A stretch of DNA of 63,481 bases, filler included, from Hyphochytrium catenoides (lineage: Eukaryota > Protista > Hyphochytriomycota): assembly GCA_900088475.1 (NCBI GenBank). It is 11 parts of 11 records of this genome, joined end to end, with 100 filler letters (N's around TTAATTAATTAA, not from the genome) between each part and the next. Parts side by side here need not be neighbours in the genome. Positions count along the whole stretch, not along the records: positions 9,610 to 13,617 come from FLMG01003644.1; positions 13,718 to 20,084 come from FLMG01003369.1; positions 20,185 to 29,323 come from FLMG01004206.1; 8 more parts are not named here. The stretch is one strand, 5' to 3'. Of this stretch, positions 12,480 through 25,203 are shown piece after piece (within the stretch, counting starts at the first letter, position 1; each line of letters opens with the position of its first letter). A program made the position numbers and the translations under genes. Under the pieces are notes generated by a model. The model ran no database searches and was not told the DNA's origin. It worked only from the letters and a program-made list of their open reading frames with translations.

Positions 12480-13611
12480 TCACTCGCGTGAACCAGCTAG
12501 GGCCTGCTGCCTATAGACCTCAAATAGGGCCATAGATACCTATTTAGCGCAGAGAGCGGAAGAAGACATCAGAGGCATCGGTGAACGGAGGAAGAGATAA
12601 GTGGATCATTAGGCAGGAGAGAGCGGAGGGTAGGTAGACAGAAACAATAAAGGTCAAGAAGAGAGAAAGGTGGAATGGAGGATACAGACAGCTGATGACT
12701 AGAGTAGTCGCAGGAGACAGGAGCAAGCGCCAAGTCTAAGAACTGACCGTGTTTGAAAGGTTATAAGACCGAATGGAGTCATCCATAGGAAAGTAAACCT
12801 TCTCTTCATTGTCAATCGTTGATTGAGGTACTCCCTTGAGTCCTTCGACCTCATTCCCGAATATTAGACAGACATCGCCCCTTCTGAAAGGTGACAAAGG
12901 CATGCAAGTCAGTGAGAAAAAGAGAGAGAGAAAAAGGTAAAAGAGAAGCATTGCTGTGGAGTTAGTTGGCCCATGACTAAGAGCTGGCTAGCAGTGGTAG
13001 ACTCCTCGATACTCACTTAGGGAAGGTGGTATGGATGATGTTTTGTCGCCCCTGTTGGGCCTGCTTAGAGAAGAAGTAAGCCTTTCCCAGGCCATGCATA
13101 ACACCTTCAAATGCATCCCTGTCAAGCACAAAGTTAAACCTTTAACTCTTACTTCCTAACCTCTGCACTGCCAACGCTGTTTGTTACCAGTTCTCATGAA
13201 TAACAGGGTTCACGTTGTGCCAGTAGTCCAGCCCTGTCTCTCATTATGGTTAGCAAGTCTTCTTTCGTTTGCACGCCCGACAAGCACTATGAGCGTGACG
13301 CTCTCACCGGCTCTTTTCAAATACTTGTCTTCCAGAGAGAAGCCCAACGGTCTGACACCAGCATATGTGAGAAGAAAGTACATTATGGCGGTTAGACTGC
13401 TAGAAGAAGCTCTATGACAGGTGGAATCATCCCAGCAACTTACCTTATCAGGTGCAGACGAGCTCCTAAGCCTAGAGATTTACGAAGAAAGGGTAAGGTC
13501 GGCAACCGTCTTCAGTCATTCAAGAGAGGTGGTGCACTCACCAAGGCAGGACCGCCCGATAGTCCCCGTGTTATTAGGTATTAAGGGACGGTACAGCACA
13601 ACGTTCAGCAT
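12480..13611 (-). CDS. trmL: TrmL-like SPOUT tRNA (cytidine/uridine-34 2'-O)-methyltransferase, 7 exons, 161 aa
   Basis: Exons 13611-13542, 13471-13444, 13351-13308, 13233-13188, 13118-13017, 12883-12748 and 12539-12480 are all GT-AG and in frame. Protein: [22 protein letters not shown]...[24 protein letters not shown]...[10 protein letters not shown]...FPM...[20 protein letters not shown]. Confidence 0.9.
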
Positions 13612-13717
13612 TGTCGGNNNNNNNNNNNNNNNNNNNNNNNNNNNNNNNNNNNNNNNNNNNNTTAATTAATTAANNNNNNNNNNNNNNNNNNNNNNNNNNN
13701 NNNNNNNNNNNNNNNNN

Positions 13718-13750
<33 letters not shown>

Positions 13751-14212
13751 ATCCATCCCCGTCTATCATCTGAGTAGAAACGCTTCTCTCTCTCCCTCCC
13801 TCTCGCTCTCTGTCTCTCTGTCCTCTCTTTCTTCCGTATGCTATTATTTTATAAGCTCTTTCCATGAAAGTTGTTGGCTTGTCTCTCTCCCGGTTGGCCA
13901 GAGCTCGATTGGCGTGTTGCTGGCTGGCAATAAATCTCTAGAACTCTCGGGAAGAAGGAGAAGAGAGAACGGACACTGCGCATCTCTTAAATCTTGTTAC
14001 CCTCGTGCAGAGTCTTGTCACCTGCGAGTTGATTACGGTGCTCTCTCTCTCTCTCTTTTTCTCTCTCTGTCTTTCTCTCTCCGTCCCTAAGGCACCTATT
14101 GCTCTTGCTGAAAGGCTTCAGTCCTATTCTCTCTCGTTCTCAAGATCCACAGACTCGTCTGCACTAGCTCTGTCTCCTTTTCTTGCGTCCGTTAGCTTCT
14201 CTGTTTGGATTG

Positions 14213-14341
14213 ATGCTTCGGAGACTGCTCCACGCGAGAGCGGTCGGTGCTCTTCCTTCCAGAGTCCAAGGCAGAGCTGTGGCCCTTCGCTATCTCTCTT
14301 CGCAAGCACCAGATGNNNNNNNNNNNNNNNNNNNNNNNNNN

Positions 14342-14387
<46 letters not shown>

Positions 14388-15368
14388 AGCTAATAGTGGA
14401 GAAACGCGATGGCACCAAGGGAGAAATTGTCAGTGAGCGCGCCTTCATAGAGTTCCAGCGCAAGCCAGAGCCGTACAGGCCGCCCGTAGAGCGGGTCACG
14501 GATTGGGAAGAGATAAACTCTACGGGTCGGGATCCCATTGAGAGGAAGGTGCAGGCCGCGCGCTGTATGGACTGCGGGACTCCTTTCTGTCAGACCTACA
14601 CCGGCTGCCCCATCAACAACCTCATCCCAGAGTGGAATGAGCTCGTCTACAGGTTATTATAAGACACTGCAGCCTCTCTCTCTCTTTTTCTCTGCGTCTG
14701 ATCTCTCTCTCTCTCACTCTTTCTCCGTAACTCACCTCCCTCGCGCGCACTTCTTCCCATATCTCTATATCCTTGGGACTGCTTCGCTGGGTTGTCTATC
14801 AGGTCACATTCGTCGTGTGGGGAATATCCGTCTTCTCTCTGTGACTCTCTCTCTCGTTGTCTCCCTGACTCCTCACTCTCTCCCTTGTAGAGAAGAGTGG
14901 CAGCTAGCACACGAGCGGCTGCGCAAGACAAATAACTTCCCTGAGTTCACTGGCCGCGTCTGCCCGGCGCCTTGTGAGGGCGCCTGTGTGGCTGGCCTCA
15001 TCGATGATCCCGTGACCATCAAAAACATAGAGTACGCTATCATCGATAGAGCTTGGGACGAAGGATGGGTCCAGCCACGGATCCCGGCGCTCCGAACAGG
15101 ACTGCAGGTGTGACCGGGGCGCCTTGACAGAAAGAAGAGAAAGGCAGAGATCCAGGGGCACACACACCTTGAAGAGATAGAGATGCAGGTGCCTTGAAGG
15201 GATTAGAGTGGAGAGAGCAGAGAAAGAGAAATCCGAACACGACGGAAGGGCAGAACAGAGAACAGTGAGAGACAAGCCATGCAAGGGAAAGGAAAGGAAT
15301 GAAGCAGAGGCAAGGTCTACATGTGTGAGAAAGGTGCTGGGCCTTACTAGGCTCAAAGGAGCTCATTG

Positions 15369-15401
<33 letters not shown>

Positions 15402-17343
15402 TCTGTCGCTCCTTCTCCCATTGTCATTACATTCAGGTGGCTGTTATTGGGTCAGGCCCTGCAGGGTTGGCAGCGGCTGACCAGCTGAATCAGTTAGGGC
15501 ATTCTGTCACAGTGTACGAAAGGGAAGACCAGGTGGGAGGCTTGCTAATGTATGGCATCCCTAACATGAAGGTAAGACCCAGACAGCGACCGCATGGAAA
15601 CAGAGAAGAGATAGTTAGGTCTCGAGCCGAGAGAGCGGCAAAGCGTCACCCTTGGCGACCTTCGAGGCCTAAAATATAGGCTCTCGGAGCATCCAAAGAC
15701 GGATATGGCTTTATAGAGGCCGGCTGTGCACTGACTGCCTTCTCTTTTCATGTCAATAGCTGGAGAAGCGCACTGTGCAGCGCCGTATTGAGCTGCTGGA
15801 AGAGGAAGGGATCAAGTTTGTGACTAATGCGCACGTTGGCGTGAACCTCTCCATCGAGGAAGTGGAGGCAGAAGCTCATGCTGTCGTGCTCGCCGTGGGC
15901 AGCACAACGCCTCGAGATCTCAATATTCCAGGACGGGATCTGAAGGTAAGAAGTGCGCGTCGAGACGGAGAACGTCTTTCAAAGCCTTCCATTCTTTGCT
16001 GTCGATCAACTCTTTGGTGCGCTTAAGCTTCAGAGTATACGCTTCTCTCTGCCGTGCGTCTCTCTCTCTCTCTCGCATGGCTCAGTTTTTCTTCCTTAAT
16101 AGGGAATTCACTTTGCTATGGAGTTCTTGACGAAGAATCAGAAGCGATTGCTGATGACCAAGGAAGGAAAGTTAGAGAGCGGATGGGATAAGTCGTTTGT
16201 TACCGCAGAAGGAAAGGATGTCATCGTCATAGGAGGAGGAGACACGGGCACTGACTGCAGTAAGAACTNNNNNNNNNNNNNNNNCCATGGCGACATGGGA
16301 TTCTTCCTGCGGATGTACCGCCTAGTAATTGTCTAGAACCCTGATGACGCTCTCCCTCAGCCTCTAAGTTTGCTCGTTGTGAGATATGTTCTAGCCCCTA
16401 ATCCAGCCTGGGAGCGCTACCCTGGCGAGTGAGACTCTTACTCACTTCTCTCTCTGCCCTGCTCTTGCCAGTTGGTACTTCGATGCGACATCGGTGCAAA
16501 TCCGTGGTGAACTTTGAGCTCATGCCTCGGCCGCCTGACTCAAGAGCTCCTACTAACCCTTGGCCAGAGTGGCCGAGGGTCTTTGGTATCGACTATGGCC
16601 ATGCAGAGGTCAGTGCACACTTGTTCCTCCATATATTTGCTCTCTTTTGAGGTCTCCTGGGTTGAGGTCTCCTGGGTCTCACGTGCTATTCTGCGTCATT
16701 CTTGCCCAGGTTCGCGCCGTCTTTGGTAAGGATCCTCGGAGCTACAAGGTTCTGACGAAGGAGTTCAGAGGAGATGAGGAGGGTAATCTTCGTGCGGTGG
16801 TGACAGTGGAGGCTAACCTTAAGGACGGAAAGGTGGAAGAGGTGCCAGGAACAGAGAAAGAATGGCCCTGCCAGCTTGCTATCTTGGCGATGGTAGGGGT
16901 GGCTCCTCTTCTCTCATTCACTCGTCATCACTGGTCTTTCTTTATATTCAGGGGACTGTTACTGTCCCTATATAACGTCCTCTTCCCTTTGCTGCCGTTG
17001 ACTCCAGGTGCCTCTGGGGTCGGTCTTCTCCAATCTATGTCTTGCTGGCAATCTAAGCGACCTTTCCTCCTTCTGCTTGTAGGGCTTTGTCCACCCAGAA
17101 GAGACCGTTGTCAAGGGCTTCGGTTTGGACGTGGATAGCCGTCGTAACATTAGCGCGGCATATGGTGACTATCAGACGTCAAAAGAAGGGATATTTGCCT
17201 GTGGAGACTGCAGAAGGGGCCAGAGTCTCGTCGTCTGGGCCATCAATGAGGGCAGAGGGGCAGCAGAGAGAGTGCAGGACTTCTTCAGGCAGAAAGGCTA
17301 TCTTGAACCGGCAGGGGACGTAGAGGAAGAGGAGTTTATCTAG
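14213..17343 (+). CDS. gltD: Glutamate synthase [NAD(P)H] small (beta) subunit-like protein with N-terminal mitochondrial-type presequence, 9 exons
   Basis: Exons 14213-~14314, 14390-14652, 14891-15107, 15437-15571, 15760-15945, 16103-16259, 16472-16608, 16710-16892 and 17083-17343. Motifs: [83 protein letters not shown]. The first intron donor falls in an N run. Confidence 0.93.
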
Positions 17344-17837
17344 TGAAGAGTATTGGATAAAGAGAAAAGCTTGCTATCGTAATTATTAATGGAAAAGAAG
17401 TCAAGGTCTTTTGATGAAGCATTGCTGGCTCTAGCAGCTTCTCTGTTCCTTGCAGGAGACAGCCTAGGACCAATCTTACCGCTTGATAAGTAAGGAGGCA
17501 GATATGATTGGACTACGGCGAGTCATAGGTCTTACAAAGAGAAACAGCCAGCGAAGAGAGATGACCTGGAAAGAACCCATGTGACCAAAGAAAGAGAAAT
17601 GTCCCTGGCTATCAAGCTCGCTGTTCTGGGAACAGATAGACGGGGCTTGTCCTGCGTTGTCGGAGAGATGAAGCCCGCACTTCAGCTTAGTCTGAAACGC
17701 ACCCTGGGCTGCGCGCTGGGAAGCGCCTCCAGCCACTCAGCCGCCGCCTCTTCGCCACAGCAAAAAGGGAAAGAAGCGGGCTCTCTTGAGAACTCTGATA
17801 ACATTCGCCTTGCCTTAGTACCTGACAGCCATTAGTC

Positions 17838-19950
17838 TCATGTTCCTTTGTCTTTCCGTTTCCGATCTGGTCTTTCTTCTTTTTTAGAGGAAGTATCGTC
17901 ATCCCTTTTCCTTGTCTTGCTATCCTTCTTGTTAGCATAGTTCCCCTTCAAAGAGACTTCCAGAGCACACCCCGAAGGAAGGCTCCCCAGCTTATAAGGC
18001 CCAAACTGTGTGCGGATGAGCCGGGTAACCGTCAAGCCAAAGCTGTTGAGCACCTTCTTGACCTCTCGGTTCTATACCAAAGATAAGTAAGCGATAGCCG
18101 GAGAAAAGAGAGTGGGCGCCGCGAGACAAAGAGAGAGAGAGAGTGATTGAACAACTAACAAGGAGAGGAAAGAAAGAGAGAATGAGAGACTGTACGACCG
18201 AAATAGAGTACGAAGAGCAAGACTCTTCATACCTTGCCTTCTCTCAAAGTTAGCGTGAGCCACGTTTCCGGACCTTTAGTCGACTCAACAGTGACATCCA
18301 TCCCGCGGTACCTGAATCCATCAAGTTAGAGGCTGACGCCACACGGAGGCAGGACCGAGAAGAGAGAAGAAAGGAGCGAGAAAGGCTAAGATTGCAAAGT
18401 TCAAGACAGAGAGGGAGGGATCGTAGAGCTTCGAGAGCGAGAAGCCAAGAAGGAGCGAAGTGGAGTGGGAGGGCGTTAGAGAGAGAGAAAGTGAATGAGA
18501 GAAGCGAGTAGGAGAGAGAGAGTGCGAGTGGCGGCAGTAAAGGAGGGAGAGAGAGCACCGACGAATGAACCAGTCAAATAGAGAGAGAGGAGACCAAGAA
18601 GAATTAGTGCTTGTTCTTCCCTTACCATACACCATCTACTTCCATCCCTTTGGCCATCTTCTGCAGCATGAACTCCTTTACCCTGCCATAGACTCGCGCT
18701 CGATAGACTCGAGCAAGGCCGTTCACCGGCAATTCCATGGCCCTCGCCACCTCTCCATTGTTCACAAAGAGGATCAATCCTTCAGTATTAAAGTCCAACC
18801 TGCCCTGGAGGACAAAAGCAAGAGGGGAAGAAGTCAGTTACAGAGACAGAGGTAATAGGAGGGGACGACGAAAAGAGAGGAAGAGAGAGAGAGAGAGAGA
18901 GAGTGAGAGAGAGAGAGAGAGAGGGAGGGAGGGACAGAGCGAAAGACTCATAGCAGGAGATAAGTCAAGCACTCCAAGACACAGAGAAAGAGACAACACT
19001 CAGAGACACAGAGAGAAAAGACAGACAGGGAGAATAAAAGCCAGACAGTGAGATAAAAAGACAGGCAGGAGAGAAAGAGAGGAGAGAGAACGTCAAATAG
19101 CCAGTGAGCAAGCAGACTCTTTGAGGTGTCAAGCGTCTGAAAATGTAAAGGAACAGATGATCCACAGGCTCTTACCACGGGCACAAGGTTTGCTGGGAGC
19201 CCCATGCTTCGTATCCTGCTCGTGATGTCAGGACGGCCCTTAGGATCGCCTCGACTGACCAGCTCCTACCAATAGAAGTCCCAGCGTTTAGCACCTCAAA
19301 AAGAAAAACATCTTGGGTCCCCAAGCATAAATCTACCTCTCTTGTTAACCTCTCTCTCTCTCTCTCTCCCGCGCTCTCTCTCTCTGTCTCCTCCTTCTCA
19401 CTCGCTCCCTCTCTCTCCGCTTCCTCTAAATGTACCTCTTCTGCTGATCTTACCCCCTCTCTCTTTCTCTCCCTCTCTCTCTCTCTCTGTCTCCTCTCTC
19501 TCACGCTCTCTCCCCTCTTCCTCTCCCTCCAGGTATTCTAGCGTTCTCTCCTTCTGCTTCCCTTAGCTTTCCACCTACTTTCCTCAGGCAACAGGCGCTT
19601 CTCTCACTACTCTTAGCCGTATCTTGCACTCCTATGCCGCTATCCCAGCCCTCCTTTGACTATCTCTCTATCTCTTACTGTCCCTTTCTCTGTGTGAGAG
19701 TCTCTCTCTTTCCATCTGTACCTCTCTTTCTGTCTCTCTCTTTTCTGGCTCCAACCCTCCTCTCTCCCTGCTCTACTATTTCTCACCCCTCTAAGCTTGT
19801 TAACGGCGAAGACTTTGATGGGCTCCAGACGCCTGAGTCCCACGCCGTCCACGGTGATTCTATCGGACTCAGAGACCATCCGACTTAGGTCTGTCACAGG
19901 CTCTCGGTTCACACGGACCCGGCCTTCTTTTATAAGCTCTTCAGCTTGTC
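17838..19950 (-). CDS. RsuA/RluB-family pseudouridine synthase with S4 domain, 5'-incomplete, at least 5 exons
   Basis: S4 domain AEELIKEGRVRVN; NKLRG|ELVSRGDPKGRP; catalytic PV|GRLDFNTEGLILFVNNGE; WLTLTLREGK|NREVKKV...VTRLIRTQFGPYKL. Introns are GT-AG. Confidence 0.9.
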
Positions 19951-20184
19951 CTGACGGAGAGGAAAGAGGAGAGAGAGAGAGGAAAGCGTGTGGTGAGAGA
20001 GAGGGAGAGAAAGTAAGCAGTGGTGAAGAGACAGAGGGTGTAAGAGGCAGTACAGAAGATAAAGCCATCAGGGGACAAAGAGAANNNNNNNNNNNNNNNN
20101 NNNNNNNNNNNNNNNNNNNNNNNNNNNNTTAATTAATTAANNNNNNNNNNNNNNNNNNNNNNNNNNNNNNNNNNNNNNNNNNNN

Positions 20185-21380
20185 TTTCTTCGGAGCAAAG
20201 GAGAAGCAGAAGCTAAGTTGGAGGAGCTCACTTTTTTCATGGAGAACCAGACGGGTGAGCACGTGAAGGAGTTACGCTCCGATCGCAGGGGAGAGTTCGT
20301 TAGCAGTGCTGCACACAAAGTGTGCTCTCGCCGCGGCATCCTGCACTCTCCTACACCTGCTTATTCCCTTCCCCCTCTAGCAACGGCTGTTGTGAGCGCT
20401 GGATGAGAACTGTCATGCAGGCGACGAGATGCCTTCTGATTGGTACTGACCTACCTCGTTTTTTTGGGCAGATGCATTGGCCTCCGCAGTTCATGTGATC
20501 AATCGCTGTCCTACTGCTTCACTCGATGGCTCTACCCCCCCTACGAAAAGTGCTATGGCAAGGCGCCTGATGTTGGTCATCTACAACGCGTCTTTGGTTC
20601 ACTTGCGTATGCTTTAAAGCCGTCGACGATGCTGCGAAAGCTTGAAGCGCGGAGCTCTCGGTATACCTTGTAGGGTATGACTCTGGCACCCATGGCTATT
20701 GACTGTATGATCCTCTGACCAAGAGAATCTCTTTGCGGCGTGATGTGGTTATCGACGAGTCTCGCTCTGGGGCCTTTCTACTCAAACAGGCAAAAAGGCA
20801 GCAACATCTGACTATGTCTCTTTGTTTCCCATCATAGGGAGCGAAGAAGCAACTGCCGCTGAAGCAGCGCAAGTAAGTGGTGAAGCGAGTGCAGCGAGAC
20901 AAGCAGAAGAAGAAAGTGAACCTTCTGCTGACAAAGCAAGTCCAGAGGAACCCCCCAATGACTGTCCGGGGCCGGAGCCAGAGAGCAACGTTGCTGATGG
21001 GACGGAGGCGATCGAGCTTGACGAAAACGAAGATCATCCCGCAGCTCCTTCTCCCTCCTCTCCGACCACAATCACTTCTCCACCTATCACTCGTGGTCGT
21101 GATAGACTGCTACAAGAAGACTCTCTCTCTTTCCAGTAGGCCAGGCTAATCTTCTGCATGTCTCTGAACCGAAAAGAACAGTCCGCGAGGCACTCTCTGG
21201 ACCTCATGCCACAGAATGGCTAGCCGCCATTACCTCAGAGCTTACATCAATGCAGTCCCATGAGGTTTACGATCTAGTGCCCCCACCTCCCGGCGCTCAT
21301 CTTATCGACTCTCAATGAATTTTTAGGGTCAAGTTGCATAGCGATGGCTCAGTGGACAAGTAGAAGGCCCGTCTAGTCGG
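20185..21380 (+). mobile_element. Degenerate copia integrase to RT-start fragment
   Basis: VKELRSDRRGEF, RVFGSLAY, GYDS..GY.LYDP, RRDVVIDE and IFRVK..DGSVDK*KARLV, with stops and frameshifts. Confidence 0.85.
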
Positions 21381-21515
21381 AGGAAGCAAGATAAGCGTAA
21401 TGCTGTCCATGGGGATGGCAGTGTCCGTTAGGAGAAGAAGTGACCGTGCGTCGCAATAAGCTTTAGCTGAACGTTTTTCTCTAGAACTTGAAGTATGAAT
21501 TAGTTGTGAGCAAAA

Positions 21516-21699
21516 TGTTGGATTTGTATGGGATGATTGGACAATGTCATTTAGATGGGGTGCTTTACTATAAGCCCAACTAACTGTTGAGAGCTGAAGC
21601 TAATAAAGCTCTTAAAAAGCTCTCAGTTCCAGACTCTACCTCACAAGAGGACGAAGACACAAAAAAATAAAGTGTTTCAGAGTTCTAGTAACTAGGCTT
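21516..21699. repeat. Nested LTR fragments: LTR-B (21516-21584, minus) then diverged LTR-A (21585-21699, plus)
   Basis: Match to 8098-8165 and 7097-7195 respectively. Confidence 0.8.
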
Positions 21700-22290
21700 T
21701 ATCAATAGCTTTAGGCTTGGCCTAGGGCTCGCCCGACGTTAATAGTGCGTAATCCAGCCTTCAGCTGTATTATTACTAAAAGATGCTTGGATCACTGACT
21801 TAGTTGTACAAGGAACACCAGGTGCCCTTCATCTCTTCTATCATTATTCCAGGTGGGCACTCACTCGCTCTCAAAGGATCTCTCTACTTGTTCATCCGCC
21901 CTTCCTCTAGCAGAATAGGGAATGAGTGAGTGAGTGAACGGCGAGACTTCCCCAACTACTCCCGACTACTGCAGATGTCGCGTGACATGACACGTCCACC
22001 GTCAGCTTCTACAGGTGAAGACAGGTTAGTGGGTGATGCGTCTCAGGTAAAAATGAGGTTACAACACAAATTCGCCTGAACTCACGCGATTTGTCTCGGT
22101 TTTATACTGATACGTCTCCCCTTACTAATTCGATCTGGGTTCATAAAGGCCCTTTCAATTCTGCTCTGACCCCTTTCATATCTCCAAAACTACGCAAACA
22201 AAGACCCAACAAACCCAAAGAAAAGGCCCAAACAGTAACTAGTAAACATCCAAATAGTGGAATTTTGATTACAAACCACATACAAACAGA
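21700..22290 (-). mobile_element. Second RC-C copy, truncated at the microsatellite
   Basis: Colinear with 1355-1985 and has the same TATCAATAGCTTTAGGC start. Confidence 0.75.
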
Positions 22291-22806
22291 CTCAAGGCCC
22301 TCCCGCTGGAAAGGCATTAAACCGCTTCGCTGGATTCGTTTGTTTTGGGGCCGTCTTTGTGTGCGCTGGTTAGTCCTTCATTGTGGTTGATGTTATCGAT
22401 GTTGCTTATAGAGAAAGAACTCCTGAGTAAACAGCAGTGAAGTAGTAGATCATGGTCATGGTTTGTTTCGACTACTGCATGCTTCAATACTGTGTCTAGT
22501 AGAAAGTATGTTATCCGTCATTAATGGACATAAGGAATCCTTTATTAGCGTCTTCCATACTGAGAGAATAGAATGCCATCATCAATGAGCTCTTATTCAT
22601 TTACTGCGGTTTATATATTTCTATGAAGTAGGAGTACTTGTCCTGTAGTAGAACTACTGTAGATTATCTGCATTCACTGCAACATTCTTTATGCATACGT
22701 TAAGCTTTCCTTTTTAAGAATGAATTGCACTTGTAAATGTGTTCCAGGATGGTAACATTCCTCTTAGGGAGAACACTATGTAACTCTCTCTGAAGCCAGA
22801 ATACTA

Positions 22807-22838
<32 letters not shown>

Positions 22839-22904
22839 CTCTCTCTCCTCTCCCGCTCCCCTCTATCTAACTCTCTCTGAAGCCAGAATACTGCGCTGCC
22901 GGAT

Positions 22905-23114
22905 CCTGACATTATCAAGAAGATACACGAAGATAGTGAGCGTCAACAGAAGGAGCTAAATGACTATTTACGTCATAAACAAGCCATTGAAACCAAGCGC
23001 TTAGCAATAGAGCAGCAACGCGTACAAATGGAGAAGGATAAACTGGCCGTGCTTAATAAGCTCCTTACACAAGGAGTCTCTCTAGATTTCCTTCGAGGAT
23101 TAGGGGTACTGTGA
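22905..23114 (+). pseudogene. Coiled-coil C-terminal ORF fragment, probably the partner (Myb/SANT-type) gene of the Harbinger element
   Basis: PDIIKKIHEDSERQQKELNDYLRHKQAIETKRLAIEQQRVQMEKDKLAVLNKLL...*, convergent on the nuclease. No Myb domain is visible. Confidence 0.45.
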
Positions 23115-23183
23115 GTGAATCAGTGCATTACGGTTAGAATACTAATCGAAGCTCCCTACATCATCAAATGATAGTAAAAGTTC

Positions 23184-24751
23184 TCATCCATCGGCATCAT
23201 CAACCGACGGATCATTACGTAGGATATCAGGGTCAAGGTCATTAGAGGCCAGATCGATGAGTTCCTCAAGATTTGCGATATTCCGTAAGAGATGCTTATC
23301 ACCATCTCCATCGTACAGGGTAGGGGTGAAGTGGGGCTCCAGAACATTTCGTATATATAGATTCTTGTATGCTACAGGATCGGCAGGCACTCTGAAGTAC
23401 TCCTGTAGGCTTGGTGGCTTGCACTCGAAAAGTTTCGATATTTGGTTTCCCTCCCGGAGACAAGTCATAGCGTTGACTAAGAGAGCCCCAACGATATAAT
23501 ACTTGGCAACAGGCGACCGATATATTGCCAGGCTCCGGGAGAATTCGAGAAACGGAAAATTGGTCACTATCAAACCAAAAGCCCTCTCCACCGTTATGCG
23601 CCTTCGAGACATTGCGCGGTTGACAATTTCTTGCTTCGAACCTTTAGGTGGCTTTCTACTTGCTGCTAGAATTCCCACATTATCGTAATACCCGGCGTCT
23701 CCATAGACAAACATCAATTTACCTTCCTCATCACGCGCCCGCCCACCTCGCGTTGTTTACCCTGAGCATTCTCAGAAAGGAGCTGTTGTTGAGCATGCCT
23801 AAGTCCGCTTCCCCTCTACCGGCCCATATAGATGGGCAAAGAGCCCGTTCGCCATTGTCACGGCTTGAAACTTAATGCAGTGATATTTTTTATGACCTGA
23901 GTAACTGCTTTCCTGCCCATGTATAGGTCGGCACACGTTTCTGGTGGTTCCATCAATAAAGCCCCAAACGCCCTTGAAAGGGGGCTTAGTTCGGTCCATG
24001 GCGGCCTTAGAAGCAAGCATCAAGGGGCGAAGGTGCTCAAAATTAGGGAGGAGAAGGTGCACGAACGGGCCAAATATAAACTCTACATATGACGATAAAT
24101 GTCACTGATGGCAGTGGCGCTCCCTCCAAAGTCCTCCACCATTTCCACATCCAGCCTGCATGGGAAGGAGAGCCTTCGAAGCAACATCATCAATGCCTCG
24201 TCAGGGTAAGCCAAATAACCCCCCTCAGTCGTTATGATCTCCTTCGGTAAATTGAGAACGGTAAGAAGTTCCTTGAACTCCTTTTGTGTAAAGCGCAGTT
24301 TAGCCTCCCAGACAGCGTCAGAAAGAGTATATAGAACGCCCTGTACGTCCGAGGGTTGGCGAAGACATCCCTCTGGCGCTTGAACGTCCTGAAATATGCG
24401 TCGAGAAGCCTCTTAGCCAGGGAGGTCCTCAAGCGAGAGGCGTCGATAATAGCAGTCTAGAGCATATAATCTGAGAGAATCCTGCCGCACCTTTTGTGCG
24501 TGAAATGAAGAGACCTGAGCAAGTAGAAGGTCTTCATCTTCTTCTCCTCTGTCGTCAGAGGAGAGGCAAGCCACAATGATTTGAAGCTTGCTTGTAAGGA
24601 CCAGTGATCCATAAGTGAGCTGCCATATGGACTGCCGGTACAGCTCCCTATAACGGCTTGCATGTTTCAAAGCGTTGGCTACAGCTGCTAGAGTTCTCTG
24701 GCGGAGCCGTCTTAGCTGTCTTTCCTTTCTGCTTATCAGAAGGCGCGGCAT
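23184..24751 (-). mobile_element. PIF/Harbinger (HARBI1-like, DDE_Tnp_4) transposase, frameshifted
   Basis: EALMMLLRRLSFP, GVWGFIDGT, YSGHKKYHCIKFQAV, YGPVEG, YGDAGY and NRAMSRRRITVERAFG. Confidence 0.88.
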
Positions 24752-25203
24752 TTCTGCGTTGTTAATCCTAGTAACACTAATGAATCATTATACCATGGCG
24801 CGGCAGGAGGAGTTAGTGTCTTGTCTCCTCCTCAAGCTCCTTTTTTTGTTGTGCTAATAATAGAGGTCTCAAGCCCGAAACTTCATTGCGCGAATCATCC
24901 TTACAGCTGCAGTAAGCACAGCAAGCAAGCGGAGATGGCGGCGGCACAGCAAGAAGCAGCAGCGGCGGCGATAGATAGCAACAGCCCCAGTAGCTGCTAG
25001 CAGGAGCAGCTTGAAGTTCGTCTCCAAGTTTGGCGCGAACGTCCAGTTGCAAGCTGGTGATGAGTTCTGAATCCAAACGGCCATCATTACAAACTAGCAT
25101 GGCCATTTATGATGCTGTGTTCATGAATTCCCTTTTTCATAAATGGGGTCCAACACCCAAATTCCTCAATTGTGAAAAGCTTCACCTGTCATGAATTCCC
25201 TCT

